Source: Nitrospirales bacterium (lineage in GTDB: Bacteria; Nitrospirota; Nitrospiria; Nitrospirales; UBA8639). From it: a stretch of 64,000 nucleotides of DNA. Made by a program: the position numbers and the translations under genes. Positions 20,164 through 30,147 of the stretch are shown in pieces. The first letter of the stretch is position 1; each line of letters begins with the position of its first letter. The notes below the pieces were generated by a model. It was not told where the DNA came from. It did no database searches and worked only from the letters and a program-made list of their open reading frames with translations. The stretch covers positions 594,654-658,653 of the forward strand of contig OZ245016.1 of the NCBI GenBank assembly GCA_965223765.1. The letters run 5' to 3'.

Positions 20164-21540
20164 TTAATCTACCTTCGGGGCGTATTCGATGGGGGTGCCG
20201 GGTTGAGTGAGTGGAGAAGGAGCGCTGTCAGGTCGGCCGACGCCTTTTTGCCCCGCATGAGACTGGAAGAGACGAGCCAACCCTGAGATATTGGATCGGG
20301 AATCGAACATGTGAAGGACTTTTTTTCTTCCCGCTTTGGCTAATGTTGTTCGAAGTTCTGAGTCGGTTAAAAGTTCTTCTAATGCATCAGCTAAGGCTCG
20401 CGCGTTTTTCTGAGGGACTAACAGGCCGTCTTGTCGGTGTGTGATAAGTTCTGGAATACCTGATACATCAGTCGAGACGATGGGAATTCCACAGGCCATG
20501 GCTTCTGCCAAGACATTCGGAATTCCATCTCGATCCCCATTATCTAAAACATGACAGGCTAACGTGAAAATCGAGGCCTGTTGATAGATTTTGCCTAGTT
20601 GATCTTGCGTGACCCCCGGTTTCAGGGTGAGCGTGTTATCCAGATAAAGCCTGTGTCTTAAGCTTTTGATATGAGATGTCTCTTCATCGAACTCTCCTAA
20701 AATCACACTCTGAAAACGATGTCCCCGTTGTTGGAGGATTCCCAAAGCTTCAACGAGATAGGAAAACCCCTTTTTCTTCACGTGACGCCCAACTGATAGA
20801 ATCACGGGAACGTCGGAGGGGGGGACGGAGGCTGGCAGGAACCGCCCAGTATTGACCCCGTGATACACCCGATGCACTTTGCCTGCATCCTGAGGGAATA
20901 ATCTTTGAAGATGCTCATGGTTAAATCCTGTGCAGGTGGCGACGAAGGTGGTTCGTTGCATCTTGATCGATAACAGGTTCCCAGGGTTTAACTTTGGCAA
21001 ATAAATATCTTTTGCGTGGGCAGTAAAGCTAAAAGGAATACCTGTAAGGGAACTGGCAAACATCGCCATCGTCGTGGCGCCATGACAAAAATGTGCATGG
21101 AGGTGACGAATCGAAGGTGACTGGATTACCTTATTGGCGATAAACCCAGCTCGAAAAAATTCTTTGTACATAGCCTTTTTGGGTTCAAGACCCCAGGTAT
21201 GACGAAGAGAGAAACTAAGCCAGATGGCTTCCATCAACACTTTCACATACTGTAGAGGGCGCTGGGAGAAGAGATGAAGATGAGCCAGGTAATAACGCGG
21301 AACGTTGGCCTTCAGCCACGGCCAAAACGATGAATCAATAGCAGTCGGTTCCTCAGGTAAATACGTGACGGGGCTTTGGATATTGTTGGCCACGAGTGAT
21401 GTTGTGGTCTCCCTGGGAAAGGCTGAAAAAATTTTGAAACGAAATCCCAAGCGTTCAAGTTCATGAATTTCATTCGTGATAAAGGCTTCAGAGTTTCGAG
21501 GAAACCCTTTGAGGATGTAGGCAATAGTAGAGTGGCTCAT
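20164..21540 (-). CDS. GT4 glycosyltransferase
   Basis: FPRNSEAFI, HLHAHF, SFTAHAKDIY, DRDGIPNVLAEAMA. Confidence 0.9.
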   Translation of the reverse strand: MSHSTIAYILKGFPRNSEAFITNEIHELERLGFRFKIFSAFPRETTTSLVANNIQSPVTYLPEEPTAIDSSFWPWLKANVPRYYLAHLHLFSQRPLQYVKVLMEAIWLSFSLRHTWGLEPKKAMYKEFFRAGFIANKVIQSPSIRHLHAHFCHGATTMAMFASSLTGIPFSFTAHAKDIYLPKLNPGNLLSIKMQRTTFVATCTGFNHEHLQRLFPQDAGKVHRVYHGVNTGRFLPASVPPSDVPVILSVGRHVKKKGFSYLVEALGILQQRGHRFQSVILGEFDEETSHIKSLRHRLYLDNTLTLKPGVTQDQLGKIYQQASIFTLACHVLDNGDRDGIPNVLAEAMACGIPIVSTDVSGIPELITHRQDGLLVPQKNARALADALEELLTDSELRTTLAKAGRKKVLHMFDSRSNISGLARLFQSHAGQKGVGRPDSAPSPLTQPGTPIEYAPKVD

Positions 21541-22736
21541 GGTAGTACGACTTGGTAATGCTCAGATGTTGATTGTTTTTCTTGAGCATCAGATGTGATT
21601 TGCTTGAAAAGATTGTGAATCACACCAATGTTCTTGGATACACAAAAATCCTCTTCCACGGTTCTTCTTGCCGCGGTGCCTAATCGTTTTCGATGCTTAG
21701 GGTTTTGGAGTAGCATTTTTAACACTTCAGCCAATGTTTCCGGTTCACCGGGCAGAGTCAAAATCCCATCGTGGCCATCATGGATGAGCTCAGGAATGCT
21801 GGCGATAGCCGTAGAAACGACTGGGAGACCCATCGCCATGGCTTCGACAAGGACATTGGGGATGCCATCACGGTCACCATCTTCGGCAATTTGACAAGGC
21901 AAGACGAAGACGGAGGTCTTCTGATACCAGTCGATAATGCCATTCTGCGGCATTTTCCCCAGGAGGCGAACACAATCACTGATGTCAAATTGGTGAATCA
22001 TCTGTTTCAGGCTCTGTTCGAGCGGGCCATAGCCCACCAGCACACATTGGAAGTGGCACCCAGCTCTTTTTAGTGAGGCACAGGCTTGAATGAGAACAGG
22101 GAACCCTTTTTTGGGACGGAACCGTCCGATGCTCAGAATTAGCGGGCGCGTTTCATCTCTACCAAAAATTTCTTGGGAGTTAGTATGGAACACATTCAGA
22201 TCCACCCCGTGGTAGACCCGATAAATTGGTATATCGGAATGGACGCATTCTTCCAGATAATTTTTGTTGTACTCGGTACAGGTCAGAACGAACTGTGCTC
22301 TAGTCACCTTACGCGATAAATCTTCCTTAGATGAAAGGAAGAGATCTTTGGCATGGGTGGTAAAGCTATAAGAGATTCCGGTGAGGGTATGTACCTGTAG
22401 GGCTACGTCGGTGGGTTCGGAGACATAATGAGCATGAAGATGTGTGATGCCATATTCATGAACCTTTTCAGTGACCCATTCGGTCCACAAGAATTGTTGG
22501 ATGACGTTCCCCTTTCCTCCATTGAATACAACAGGTCCATACAATACTGGAGCCTTGAGTTGACGAATATGTGGGTGTGTCTCTGTGTCAGAGGGGGGGC
22601 GTAAAGAGAGGACGACAAGATTCAGCCCGAGACGTTCTAGTTCCAGTATTTCTTGAAGAATAAATGTCTCCGACAGTTTCGGAAAAATCTTGACGAGATA
22701 CCCAATCGTTGGTACCGCGTTTGATGTAGATGACAT
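21537..22736 (-). CDS. GT4 glycosyltransferase
   Basis: FPKLSETFI, HLHAHY, SFTTHAKD, DRDGIPNVLVEAMA. Confidence 0.9.
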   Translation of the reverse strand: MSSTSNAVPTIGYLVKIFPKLSETFILQEILELERLGLNLVVLSLRPPSDTETHPHIRQLKAPVLYGPVVFNGGKGNVIQQFLWTEWVTEKVHEYGITHLHAHYVSEPTDVALQVHTLTGISYSFTTHAKDLFLSSKEDLSRKVTRAQFVLTCTEYNKNYLEECVHSDIPIYRVYHGVDLNVFHTNSQEIFGRDETRPLILSIGRFRPKKGFPVLIQACASLKRAGCHFQCVLVGYGPLEQSLKQMIHQFDISDCVRLLGKMPQNGIIDWYQKTSVFVLPCQIAEDGDRDGIPNVLVEAMAMGLPVVSTAIASIPELIHDGHDGILTLPGEPETLAEVLKMLLQNPKHRKRLGTAARRTVEEDFCVSKNIGVIHNLFKQITSDAQEKQSTSEHYQVVLP

Positions 22737-22759
22737 ATGAATCTGACTGCCTCATGCGA

Positions 22760-24082
22760 TCATGCGGGTTGTAGCAAGGCATGATGGAAGGGTTCTATAG
22801 GGTAATGTCTCTTTTGACTATCGGAACGAGCATGACCCCAGCTTCCATTCATTAATAAATTCAGGATAGCCATAGTAAGGGTGGGTAAGGCATTGAGGTT
22901 TACAGCAGGTCCAGGGGTTAGGTTTCTTAGATCGTGGGGTTGGCATAAAAGACCTTCTAATTTTTCACAGAAAGAATCTGGGTTGAGTTTGTCTGGATGA
23001 ATCGCTTGGAACCACCCTAATTTCGCCATGCGCTGGGCACGTATCCATTGTTCTTCAACGGGGCGCGTTCTTGGAATTACTAATGCTGGTTTGCGTAAGG
23101 AGAGTAATTCACAAATGGTTCCATACCCACCCATGGATACGGCTACATCTGCGGCATCTAGGTAACTCATCACATCATCGGAAAAAGTCAGTGTCCTGAG
23201 GGAAGGCCATTGAGAGGCTTGAAGCTCTAATTCAAGACGAGTGGCTTCGGGCATTTCTGGACCGAAAATCAGAGTGCTGTACACTCGCTTGTGTTGAGAT
23301 ATGCGTGGCATGCTTGCCAGGTATTGTTGAAAAAGCTGCACACCATCTTCCCCCCCTCCGGCAGTGACGAGCACCATTTGATCATCTGCCGTCAGGCCTA
23401 ATTTCTTTCTCATATGTTCTCGGGTATGTTGTCCTGACTCTCGACGGAGATATCCACAATATTGGGTTTTGAGTTGAAGCGCTGGCGGGAACTGATATTC
23501 TGAACAGGCTTTGAACACTTCTGGAGAGCCTAGTACAAAAATACGATCGTAATGGGCTTCGAGCGCTTGAAAGTATTTCTGCTTTTTCCAGATGGCTCGT
23601 GTTACCTGTGGACTATCCAGAATGTCACGCAACAAAAGTGTGACGATGGTTTCAGGATGATAGGTTTTTAAATGGGCTAACGCTGGCTCCAATTCATTCT
23701 CGACCCCATAGGGTTTTTTGTCGACGATGACCATGTCAGGTTGAAAATTTACTAATGCGGCGAGAATGAGCTCAGTTCGGAGTTTGACGATGTCCCGCGT
23801 ATGTTCCTTCAGATATTTTGGGCCATAGCCATTGCATTTTGTTCGGGAAAGACAGGGCAATTTAATATAGTCAACACCCTCTGGGATGCGAAAACTATGC
23901 ACCATTGGAGAACCAGAAATGATCAAAATGGACAGGTCGGGAATCGACTTCATGAGAAATTGGCAAATAGAGAGGGTTCGACGAATGTTTCCCAACCCAA
24001 AGGTATCGTGGGAATAAAAGACTACCCGCTTAGTGTTCGCATTGACCATGTCTTTGAATTTTTTGAGTGAATGGAGTTTCAT
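22760..24082 (-). CDS. GT-B glycosyltransferase (GT28-like), first gene of the glycan operon
   Basis: YSHDTFGLGNIRR, YIKLP, LRDILD, VTAGGGEDG, SMGGYGT, EQWIRA. Confidence 0.85.
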   Translation of the reverse strand: MKLHSLKKFKDMVNANTKRVVFYSHDTFGLGNIRRTLSICQFLMKSIPDLSILIISGSPMVHSFRIPEGVDYIKLPCLSRTKCNGYGPKYLKEHTRDIVKLRTELILAALVNFQPDMVIVDKKPYGVENELEPALAHLKTYHPETIVTLLLRDILDSPQVTRAIWKKQKYFQALEAHYDRIFVLGSPEVFKACSEYQFPPALQLKTQYCGYLRRESGQHTREHMRKKLGLTADDQMVLVTAGGGEDGVQLFQQYLASMPRISQHKRVYSTLIFGPEMPEATRLELELQASQWPSLRTLTFSDDVMSYLDAADVAVSMGGYGTICELLSLRKPALVIPRTRPVEEQWIRAQRMAKLGWFQAIHPDKLNPDSFCEKLEGLLCQPHDLRNLTPGPAVNLNALPTLTMAILNLLMNGSWGHARSDSQKRHYPIEPFHHALLQPA

Positions 24083-24107
24083 GATTGGTTCCTGCTTTCT
24101 TGATTAG

Positions 24108-24136
24108 TTAGACGACCCAACGAAGGAATAGTAAAC
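24108..24136 (-). promoter_or_regulatory. putative ECF sigma promoter of the glycan operon
   Basis: minus strand GTTTAC-N16-CGTCTAA, about 26 nt before ATG 24082; its TAA is also the stop codon of the upstream receiver gene. Confidence 0.72.
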
Positions 24137-24563
24137 CGGTACACAAACTATTGACGGTCATGGCCAAACCCGGGGTTCCTGAAAAGAAAGAGGGGGAGGA
24201 AGGAGGCTGTTTACTGGTCAATTGTTCAACGTTGGCCATCAATTCATCAAAAGCAAAAGGCTTTGGCAGGTAGCCATTGGCGCCGGCTATTTGGCTTTCG
24301 AGGAACATCTCTGAAGAATCTTTGGCGGTCATCACTAAGACAGGGATGGTGTGCTGCTGTTGTCGAAGTTTCCGGCAAAAATCCAATCCATTTTCTTCCC
24401 CCAGGAACACATCTAGGATGGCCAAGTCAAAGTTATCGATTTGTAGCAATTCCCATCCCTGACTGTGAGAAGTGGCCGTCGCTACGGAATGAGATTCCGC
24501 CTCGAGACCTCGTTTTAAAAACCGTAATATCCTCAAATCATCGTCTAGCAGTAGAATATTCAT
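24108..24563 (-). CDS. single-domain response regulator (receiver only)
   Basis: MNILLLDDD, AILDVFL (phospho-Asp), MTA, GANGYLPKPF; no DNA-binding domain. Confidence 0.85.
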   Translation of the reverse strand: MNILLLDDDLRILRFLKRGLEAESHSVATATSHSQGWELLQIDNFDLAILDVFLGEENGLDFCRKLRQQQHTIPVLVMTAKDSSEMFLESQIAGANGYLPKPFAFDELMANVEQLTSKQPPSSPSFFSGTPGLAMTVNSLCTGLLFLRWVV

Positions 24564-24613
24564 GGTTTTGGTTCCATCGCAGGTTGATAATGGGCAGACT
24601 ATAGCAATGCCAT

Positions 24614-24684
24614 ATGAAGGAGCCGTGAGGATAAGATGAAAGGTTGGTGAGAAGTACATGAGAATTTGATGAGAGCCTGATGGA
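24614..24684 (-). promoter_or_regulatory. array of seven OmpR/PhoB-type direct repeats, 11-bp period
   Basis: plus strand ATGAA, GTGAG, ATGAA, GTGAG, ATGAG, ATGAG, ATGGA at 24614, 24625, 24636, 24647, 24658, 24669, 24680. Confidence 0.7.
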
Positions 24685-24862
24685 TTCAGTCTTGTAATGA
24701 GATGGGGTCCCTCCTAAAGAGGGGTAGAAAAGGACGACTTGAATGTCATCAGGAAAAATTAACGTAGCGGCTTAAGGAGACGGACCGGCATAGACAACTC
24801 GGAAAACGAGAGATTAAGTTTAGAGGAAACTTAACAGCGAAGTGGTTGAAGAATACTTCTCT

Positions 24863-24938
24863 TGTCATGCCCGCAGTACCAAGCGGACATCCAGTGCTCA
24901 TGCAGAAAACCTAGATTCCCGCCTTCGCAGGAATGACA
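24863..24938. repeat. REP/RPE-like palindromic element
   Basis: TGTCATGCCCGC...CATCCAG...CTAGATTCCCGCCTTCGCAGGAATGACA, the GTCAT...ATGAC double-hairpin architecture. Confidence 0.65.
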
Positions 24939-25002
24939 TGGTTCCCAAAATTCCGACCGCTCCTGTCGTAAACTTCATCGGACATTGTCTGAGAGATATA
25001 AT

Positions 25003-25680
25003 CTAAGTTTCTACCATCGAAATTTTATAGCCGACGTCTCGCACTGTCTGAATGAGCTTCCGTGAAAACCCTTTGTCTATTTTATTACGCAAATAGCGAA
25101 TGTAGACATCCACGACATTAGTGGGCGTGTCGTAGTGGTATCCCCACACTTGTTCCAAAATCATCGTTCGGCTTAGGGGACGATTGGGGTGGGACATCAG
25201 ATATTCCAGTAAGGCAAATTCTTTGGCCGTCAGTGTAATGGGTAGTCCAGCTCGCGTGACTTCGTGTGTTTCTTTATTGAGGCAAAGGTCTTGAATATTG
25301 AGGGTGGTTGGAATGTCTTGATAATTGCCACGGCGGAGGAGTGCTTGGATCCTGGCCAGTAACTCTTCAAACGCAAAGGGCTTGGTTAAATAATCATCCG
25401 CTCCGGTTTGCAAACCTTCCACTTTATCCTGGAGCCCATCTCGTGCTGTCAGCATTAAGATGGGAGTATGAATCTTGTCTTTTCGTAAGATTCGACAAAT
25501 TTCCGTGCCATTCATCCCTGGGAGAAGAAGATCAAGAATAATCAGGGTATACGGATTTCTTCCATACTCCAGGCCTTCTTCTCCGTTGAGTGCGACATCC
25601 ACATGATATCCTTCGGCTTCTAGACCTCGTTTGACAAAACTGACAATGCGTTGGTCATCATCTACGAGGAGAAGATCCAT
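25003..25680 (-). CDS. OmpR-family response regulator
   Basis: REC domain (IILDLLLP, GADDYLTKPF) plus winged helix (LTAKEFALLEYL, NVVDVYIRYLR, IQTVRDVGY). Confidence 0.93.
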   Translation of the reverse strand: MDLLLVDDDQRIVSFVKRGLEAEGYHVDVALNGEEGLEYGRNPYTLIILDLLLPGMNGTEICRILRKDKIHTPILMLTARDGLQDKVEGLQTGADDYLTKPFAFEELLARIQALLRRGNYQDIPTTLNIQDLCLNKETHEVTRAGLPITLTAKEFALLEYLMSHPNRPLSRTMILEQVWGYHYDTPTNVVDVYIRYLRNKIDKGFSRKLIQTVRDVGYKISMVET

Positions 25681-25732
25681 TGAAATGGGTTATTTCAGAT
25701 TGGCAGTGTAGGTTCCTTGTTTTCTCTAGGGG

Positions 25733-25761
25733 TTAGACGGATGAACTTGGGAAAAGTAAAT
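25733..25761 (-). promoter_or_regulatory. putative ECF sigma promoter
   Basis: minus strand ATTTAC-N16-CGTCTAA, 53 nt upstream of ATG 25680. Confidence 0.65.
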
Positions 25762-25875
25762 GAACCTCTCCTCAGATCATCAAGGGAGGTTCTTGAACAA
25801 TGGAAGAATCTTGATTGTTGTGGGTCCTCTACGAAGGAACGGAGAGGGGGCTGGAGGAGAAGGGAGGGAGGAGGA

Positions 25876-26544
25876 TCACTCAGAAATCTTATAACCGATG
25901 TCACGAACCGTCTGGATCAGTTTTGGCGAAAAACCTTTATCTATCTTGTTCCGTAGATAGCGGATATACACATCGACGACATTGGTGAGTGGATCATGGT
26001 GTTGCCCCCACACCTGTTCAATAATCATGGTTCGGCTTAAGGGGCGGTTAGGACGAGACATGAGGTATTCCAACAACGCAAATTCTTTGGCCGTCAGTGA
26101 GATGGATTGTCGTCCTCTAGTGACCTCGCGGGTTTCTTTGTTTAAACACAGGTCGCCCACTTCGAGGACTGCGGATGTCTCTTGGTAGGTGCCTCGTCGG
26201 ATAAGAGCCTGGATTCGGGCTAGCAATTCTTCGAAGGCAAAAGGCTTCGTTAAATAATCGTCAGCACCAGTTTGAAGACCTTCAATCTTATCTTGAAGCG
26301 CATCTCGCGCCGTGAGCATTAAAATTGGGGTACGGATACCTTCTTGCCTTAGCGTCTGGCAAATTTCCTTTCCTGTAAGATCGGGTAAAAATATATCTAG
26401 AAGAATGACCCCATAATTTCCTCTTCCCGACTCTAACCCTTGCGGTCCAGTATTCGCTGTATCGACTTGAAAGCCTTCGGCCTCTAAGCCCCGTTTGACG
26501 AACTGGGTAATACGTTCATCATCCTCGATGAGGAGTAGTCTCAT
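25876..26544 (-). CDS. OmpR-family response regulator, close paralog of 25003..25680
   Basis: same REC and winged-helix motifs; overlaps the histidine kinase 3' end. Confidence 0.93.
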   Translation of the reverse strand: MRLLLIEDDERITQFVKRGLEAEGFQVDTANTGPQGLESGRGNYGVILLDIFLPDLTGKEICQTLRQEGIRTPILMLTARDALQDKIEGLQTGADDYLTKPFAFEELLARIQALIRRGTYQETSAVLEVGDLCLNKETREVTRGRQSISLTAKEFALLEYLMSRPNRPLSRTMIIEQVWGQHHDPLTNVVDVYIRYLRNKIDKGFSPKLIQTVRDIGYKISE

Positions 26545-28399
26545 GTAAGATCTCGTCAGCTACGGCTTGTTGGACAAAACGCAGGGTCACAGTAGTGCCT
26601 TTCTCTGGAAGACTGGAAAAACGAATTGTACCCCCATGAGCCTCAGTAATCCATTTGGCTATGGCTAAGCCCAGTCCGGCGCCAGGTTGGGTATGGTCTT
26701 TGATGCGATGCCCCCTGTAAAAGCGATCAAAAATATGAGGAAGGTCTTTTTCGGCAATACCTTGCCCTTGGTCCATGATCTCAATGGTCGTGTATCGGGA
26801 AACCGCGTTGAGACGTATCTGGATGTGACTATTGGAATCGGAATACTTGATCGCGTTATCCAGGAGAATGAGCAACAGTTGTTTCAACCGTTGAGGGTCA
26901 CCATAGATTCGGCTTGAGGCTAGAGGATCCATGAATGTGACTATGCTGTGTTTTTTCTGAGCCAGAATGGCGGCTTCCTGCAGCACGTCTTGTAAAAGAT
27001 TTTCGAGATCGACTTCCGTTTTGGTGATTTGAATCGTCCCGGTTTCTGAACGGGCGAGAAAGAGGAGATCACTCACTAGTTTATTCACTTCTTCTGTCAA
27101 TTGAACAATGCGTTCCAAGGAGGTTTTATAGTCCAGAATGGGTTTGTCTTTTCCCCTCAGAGTGACTTCGGCTTCTCCCCGAATGACGGTGAGGGGTGTG
27201 CGGAGTTCATGGCTGATGTCGGCAAAAAACTGTGACCGTAGTTGGTCGAGTTCTTTTAACCGGGCATTGGCTTTTTCCAATGCAGCCTGAGCCTTTTTCC
27301 GTTCTGTGATGTCCTGGGCCAAACAGGCAATGCCTTGAATGGTCCCATTGGTTTCCTTCATTGTGGCCGCCGAAATTAAAATGGGGACCAACGTTCCCAG
27401 TTTTGTCCGGTAACAGCTCTCGACATGGCCAAAACTGCCTTCTTTGAGCAATTGCCTCATCCGTTCTGGGGTCAAGAGATTCTGGGTGGGTGGGAATAGG
27501 ACTCCGATATGTTGGTTGATGAGTTCATCCCGTTGGTAGCCTAAGAGCTTCTCCGCCGAACGGTTCATTGATTGGATGATGCCCTCGTGATCCAAGACGA
27601 CTAAGCAGTCCAACATCGATCGTAAAATACTATCCAAGTATTCCTTTGAGACCGTGGTTTGATAAAGTCGTTCTGTCATTTGGTTGAAACCAGTGGCCAA
27701 TTTCCCTAACTCGTCAGTTGCATGAACTGGTACGGATACATCCAGTTGGCCTGAGGCCACTTGTTGAATAGCGCTTGTAAGGGGCTCAATAATTTTGAGA
27801 GATTGGCGGAGTAGAAGGACTAAAATGCTTCCTCCGAATAACGTCGTGAGACCATTGATCACAAGGGTTTGTTGGAGAAGATTCTTGAGTCGCTCTTCCA
27901 GTGGATTGCGATCAAGCAGAATTCGTATCCATCCAATAAATAGTTGGGAATCTTGTGGACCAGGAATATCAGGATGAGAGTCAGGGCTTCGACGAATCAC
28001 CACGTTGATGAATTGGGATATTGATGCACCCTCATGGAGCATGGTGTCTTGCTGAAAGACCGGGGCCATACTGGGTAATTCAATCTCTGATTCAGTCAAT
28101 TCCACGATAGAAGATTCAATCCAGAGGGATTGAGAAGCGTCGTATGCGAGAACAGCTAACACCCCTTCTGCCTCTCCGAGAGATTGTAAGAGTGAGGTAA
28201 ATCCTTCAACGTCTTGTGTGTGATAATAGATTCTTGATTCAGAGGCGATCGCTTTGGCCAGTTCTCGCCCACGGATATGGAATTCCTCGAACATGGCCTC
28301 TCGCGTGGCCTGATAGGTGAAATAAGTCAAAACGCCGATGGCACCGATTAAGATAATCAGCGCGATAGCCAATAGTTTTTGCCACAAGCGAAAATGCAT
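26519..28399 (-). CDS. sensor histidine kinase (2 TM, periplasmic domain, HAMP, PAS, HisKA, HATPase)
   Basis: DELGKLATGFNQM, ADISHELRTPL, LLDNAIKYS, DQGQGI, GAGLGLAI. Confidence 0.93.
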   Translation of the reverse strand: MHFRLWQKLLAIALIILIGAIGVLTYFTYQATREAMFEEFHIRGRELAKAIASESRIYYHTQDVEGFTSLLQSLGEAEGVLAVLAYDASQSLWIESSIVELTESEIELPSMAPVFQQDTMLHEGASISQFINVVIRRSPDSHPDIPGPQDSQLFIGWIRILLDRNPLEERLKNLLQQTLVINGLTTLFGGSILVLLLRQSLKIIEPLTSAIQQVASGQLDVSVPVHATDELGKLATGFNQMTERLYQTTVSKEYLDSILRSMLDCLVVLDHEGIIQSMNRSAEKLLGYQRDELINQHIGVLFPPTQNLLTPERMRQLLKEGSFGHVESCYRTKLGTLVPILISAATMKETNGTIQGIACLAQDITERKKAQAALEKANARLKELDQLRSQFFADISHELRTPLTVIRGEAEVTLRGKDKPILDYKTSLERIVQLTEEVNKLVSDLLFLARSETGTIQITKTEVDLENLLQDVLQEAAILAQKKHSIVTFMDPLASSRIYGDPQRLKQLLLILLDNAIKYSDSNSHIQIRLNAVSRYTTIEIMDQGQGIAEKDLPHIFDRFYRGHRIKDHTQPGAGLGLAIAKWITEAHGGTIRFSSLPEKGTTVTLRFVQQAVADEILHETTPHRG

Positions 28400-28404
28400 G
28401 GGAA

Positions 28405-28845
28405 TTAGTCACCCTCCTCCTGGAGAATGAATACGACTTTGACGTTGTCATTAACCTTTGACAGACTTACGTACCCAATGGCCCCTTCAATGGCAGACAC
28501 AAAACGGATGACGGCTTCCTCGGATCGCTGGATGAGACTTTGGACGGCTACCGGAGTTCCCTGTCTGAAAAATTGTTGGTTGGATTTGGCGTTGAGTACT
28601 TTCTCATAAAATACGCCTCGAACAGGGGAGGCAATCTCCCGGTTGACCAATTTGATTCGACCCCCATCTGACCAATGGAGTTCCTCTCCCCGATACATCG
28701 CGGCAATGTTCGTTTTTGTCAGAGACGTGACTGGATTGTTGTTGTTCACGATGACGGCTAAAGATTCCGCCTGGGCTAACGAACCGCTCCATAAGCTGAT
28801 TGCTAGGATCCAACTCATAAACCGGTAGAGGTGTTTGCAAGGCAT
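28405..28845 (-). CDS. small periplasmic binding-protein-like protein (phosphate-SBP-like family)
   Basis: signal peptide; AVIVNNNNPV..LTK...W.DG..I.L; V..FV....GAIGYV. Confidence 0.72.
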   Translation of the reverse strand: MPCKHLYRFMSWILAISLWSGSLAQAESLAVIVNNNNPVTSLTKTNIAAMYRGEELHWSDGGRIKLVNREIASPVRGVFYEKVLNAKSNQQFFRQGTPVAVQSLIQRSEEAVIRFVSAIEGAIGYVSLSKVNDNVKVVFILQEEGD

Positions 28846-28863
28846 GTGTAACCAGATAGATGT

Positions 28864-30147
28864 TTAAAACAACCAGGCGATTGACGCGATGAAGCCATTC
28901 CAGTTCTTTCGCTCAATGCCGCCGTTATTGATTTGGTATTCAGTTTTGAGGACGTAGTTTTCTATAGGGCGATAATTTAAGCCTGCGGTAAATCGATCTT
29001 CCGTCAAATTGCCACTGCCTGCCTTCGTTGTAATGCGAGCATGGTCATATCGGCCGACAAGCGTGAACGTGGGGTGAGTATAGGGTTCTCCCAAAAAAGT
29101 CTGATCCAAAAAACGCGGCCAGAAGTGATAATTGACTTGGACATAATATCCATATAACCGAGAAGGGGTTCGGGATCCTTGGATGTCAAAATGCGCGAAC
29201 TCTCCCTTGAATTCAAAGTCTTCCCAGAACGGGACACCTCGAGGTTTCAATTCCAAATCCACGTCAAAACCAGTGATCGTTTTTCCATTCCTGGGGCTTG
29301 AGGCTCCACGATATCCACTCACCCCTATTTCATATTGATCAGCAAGCTTTACAGTGGCTCGCCCGACCACAGCTTTTTGTCCATTGTTATCTCGGGTCAA
29401 CGGAGATCTGGCATCTTGAAGGCCGCCGTTAGTGGGAGAAAATTGATCAGTCAGTCCATTAATCACTGCGACTTCATAGGTGCTCACTATATTGGAAGAC
29501 CAAGGGACAAGGCCGAAGAGACTTGCTCCCAAATCCCCCCATGTTGTGGGAACAATTTGGCGGGCAACCAGTGGTCGATCGGTCAAGTCGCGTCTGGGAT
29601 CAAAATGGTCTAAATTAAATTTTCCAAACGGGACCAACACAACCCCTCCCCGTAAATTGATCCATTTGGCGATAAGCAGATCAACGTAGGCTTGTTCCGC
29701 ATGAACTTCTCCTTCAGGAATGCCGAGATCAATTTCATTATAAAAACGAATGCGGTCATGAATTTGTCCAGCAATGAGGACTTCGAGTTTGCCTTCGAAA
29801 GAGGTTTTTGCTCCGGCGAACGTTTCGAATTCAACAGCTCCATATCCTCCGAGGATAACCCGTTGGGAAATGTCATCCAGAATGGAGTTTTGTTGCATTT
29901 CAAGGGCCTCCACGCGGTCCTTCAGGGCTTGAATGTCCTGTTCATACACGTCTTCTTTTTTCACCATTTGAGACTGAGCGGCATCGGAGGTTTGTTCTTG
30001 GGCACCAAATCCCCAGGATGGGCTCAGCATGATTCCCAATACGGTTACACAGAGCCACAAACGAATGTATGGGTTTCGGACGAACCTTGATGGGGATGAA
30101 TTTGCGATATGAGATTGATGGTCGAGTAAAACGTTAAGACATACCAT
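28864..30147 (-). CDS. outer-membrane porin with N-terminal coiled coil
   Basis: EQAYVD, PFGKFN, DRPLV, PTTW.DLG, AGLNYRP, terminal AWLF; ATG 30147 overlaps the upstream TAA. Confidence 0.75.
   Translation of the reverse strand: MVCLNVLLDHQSHIANSSPSRFVRNPYIRLWLCVTVLGIMLSPSWGFGAQEQTSDAAQSQMVKKEDVYEQDIQALKDRVEALEMQQNSILDDISQRVILGGYGAVEFETFAGAKTSFEGKLEVLIAGQIHDRIRFYNEIDLGIPEGEVHAEQAYVDLLIAKWINLRGGVVLVPFGKFNLDHFDPRRDLTDRPLVARQIVPTTWGDLGASLFGLVPWSSNIVSTYEVAVINGLTDQFSPTNGGLQDARSPLTRDNNGQKAVVGRATVKLADQYEIGVSGYRGASSPRNGKTITGFDVDLELKPRGVPFWEDFEFKGEFAHFDIQGSRTPSRLYGYYVQVNYHFWPRFLDQTFLGEPYTHPTFTLVGRYDHARITTKAGSGNLTEDRFTAGLNYRPIENYVLKTEYQINNGGIERKNWNGFIASIAWLF

Noticed and set aside
24758-24840. TTAA-containing motifs resembling the sigma-54 UAS
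   Set aside because: Spacing is irregular, there is no TTAACWGTTAAC match, and no -24/-12 site lies downstream.
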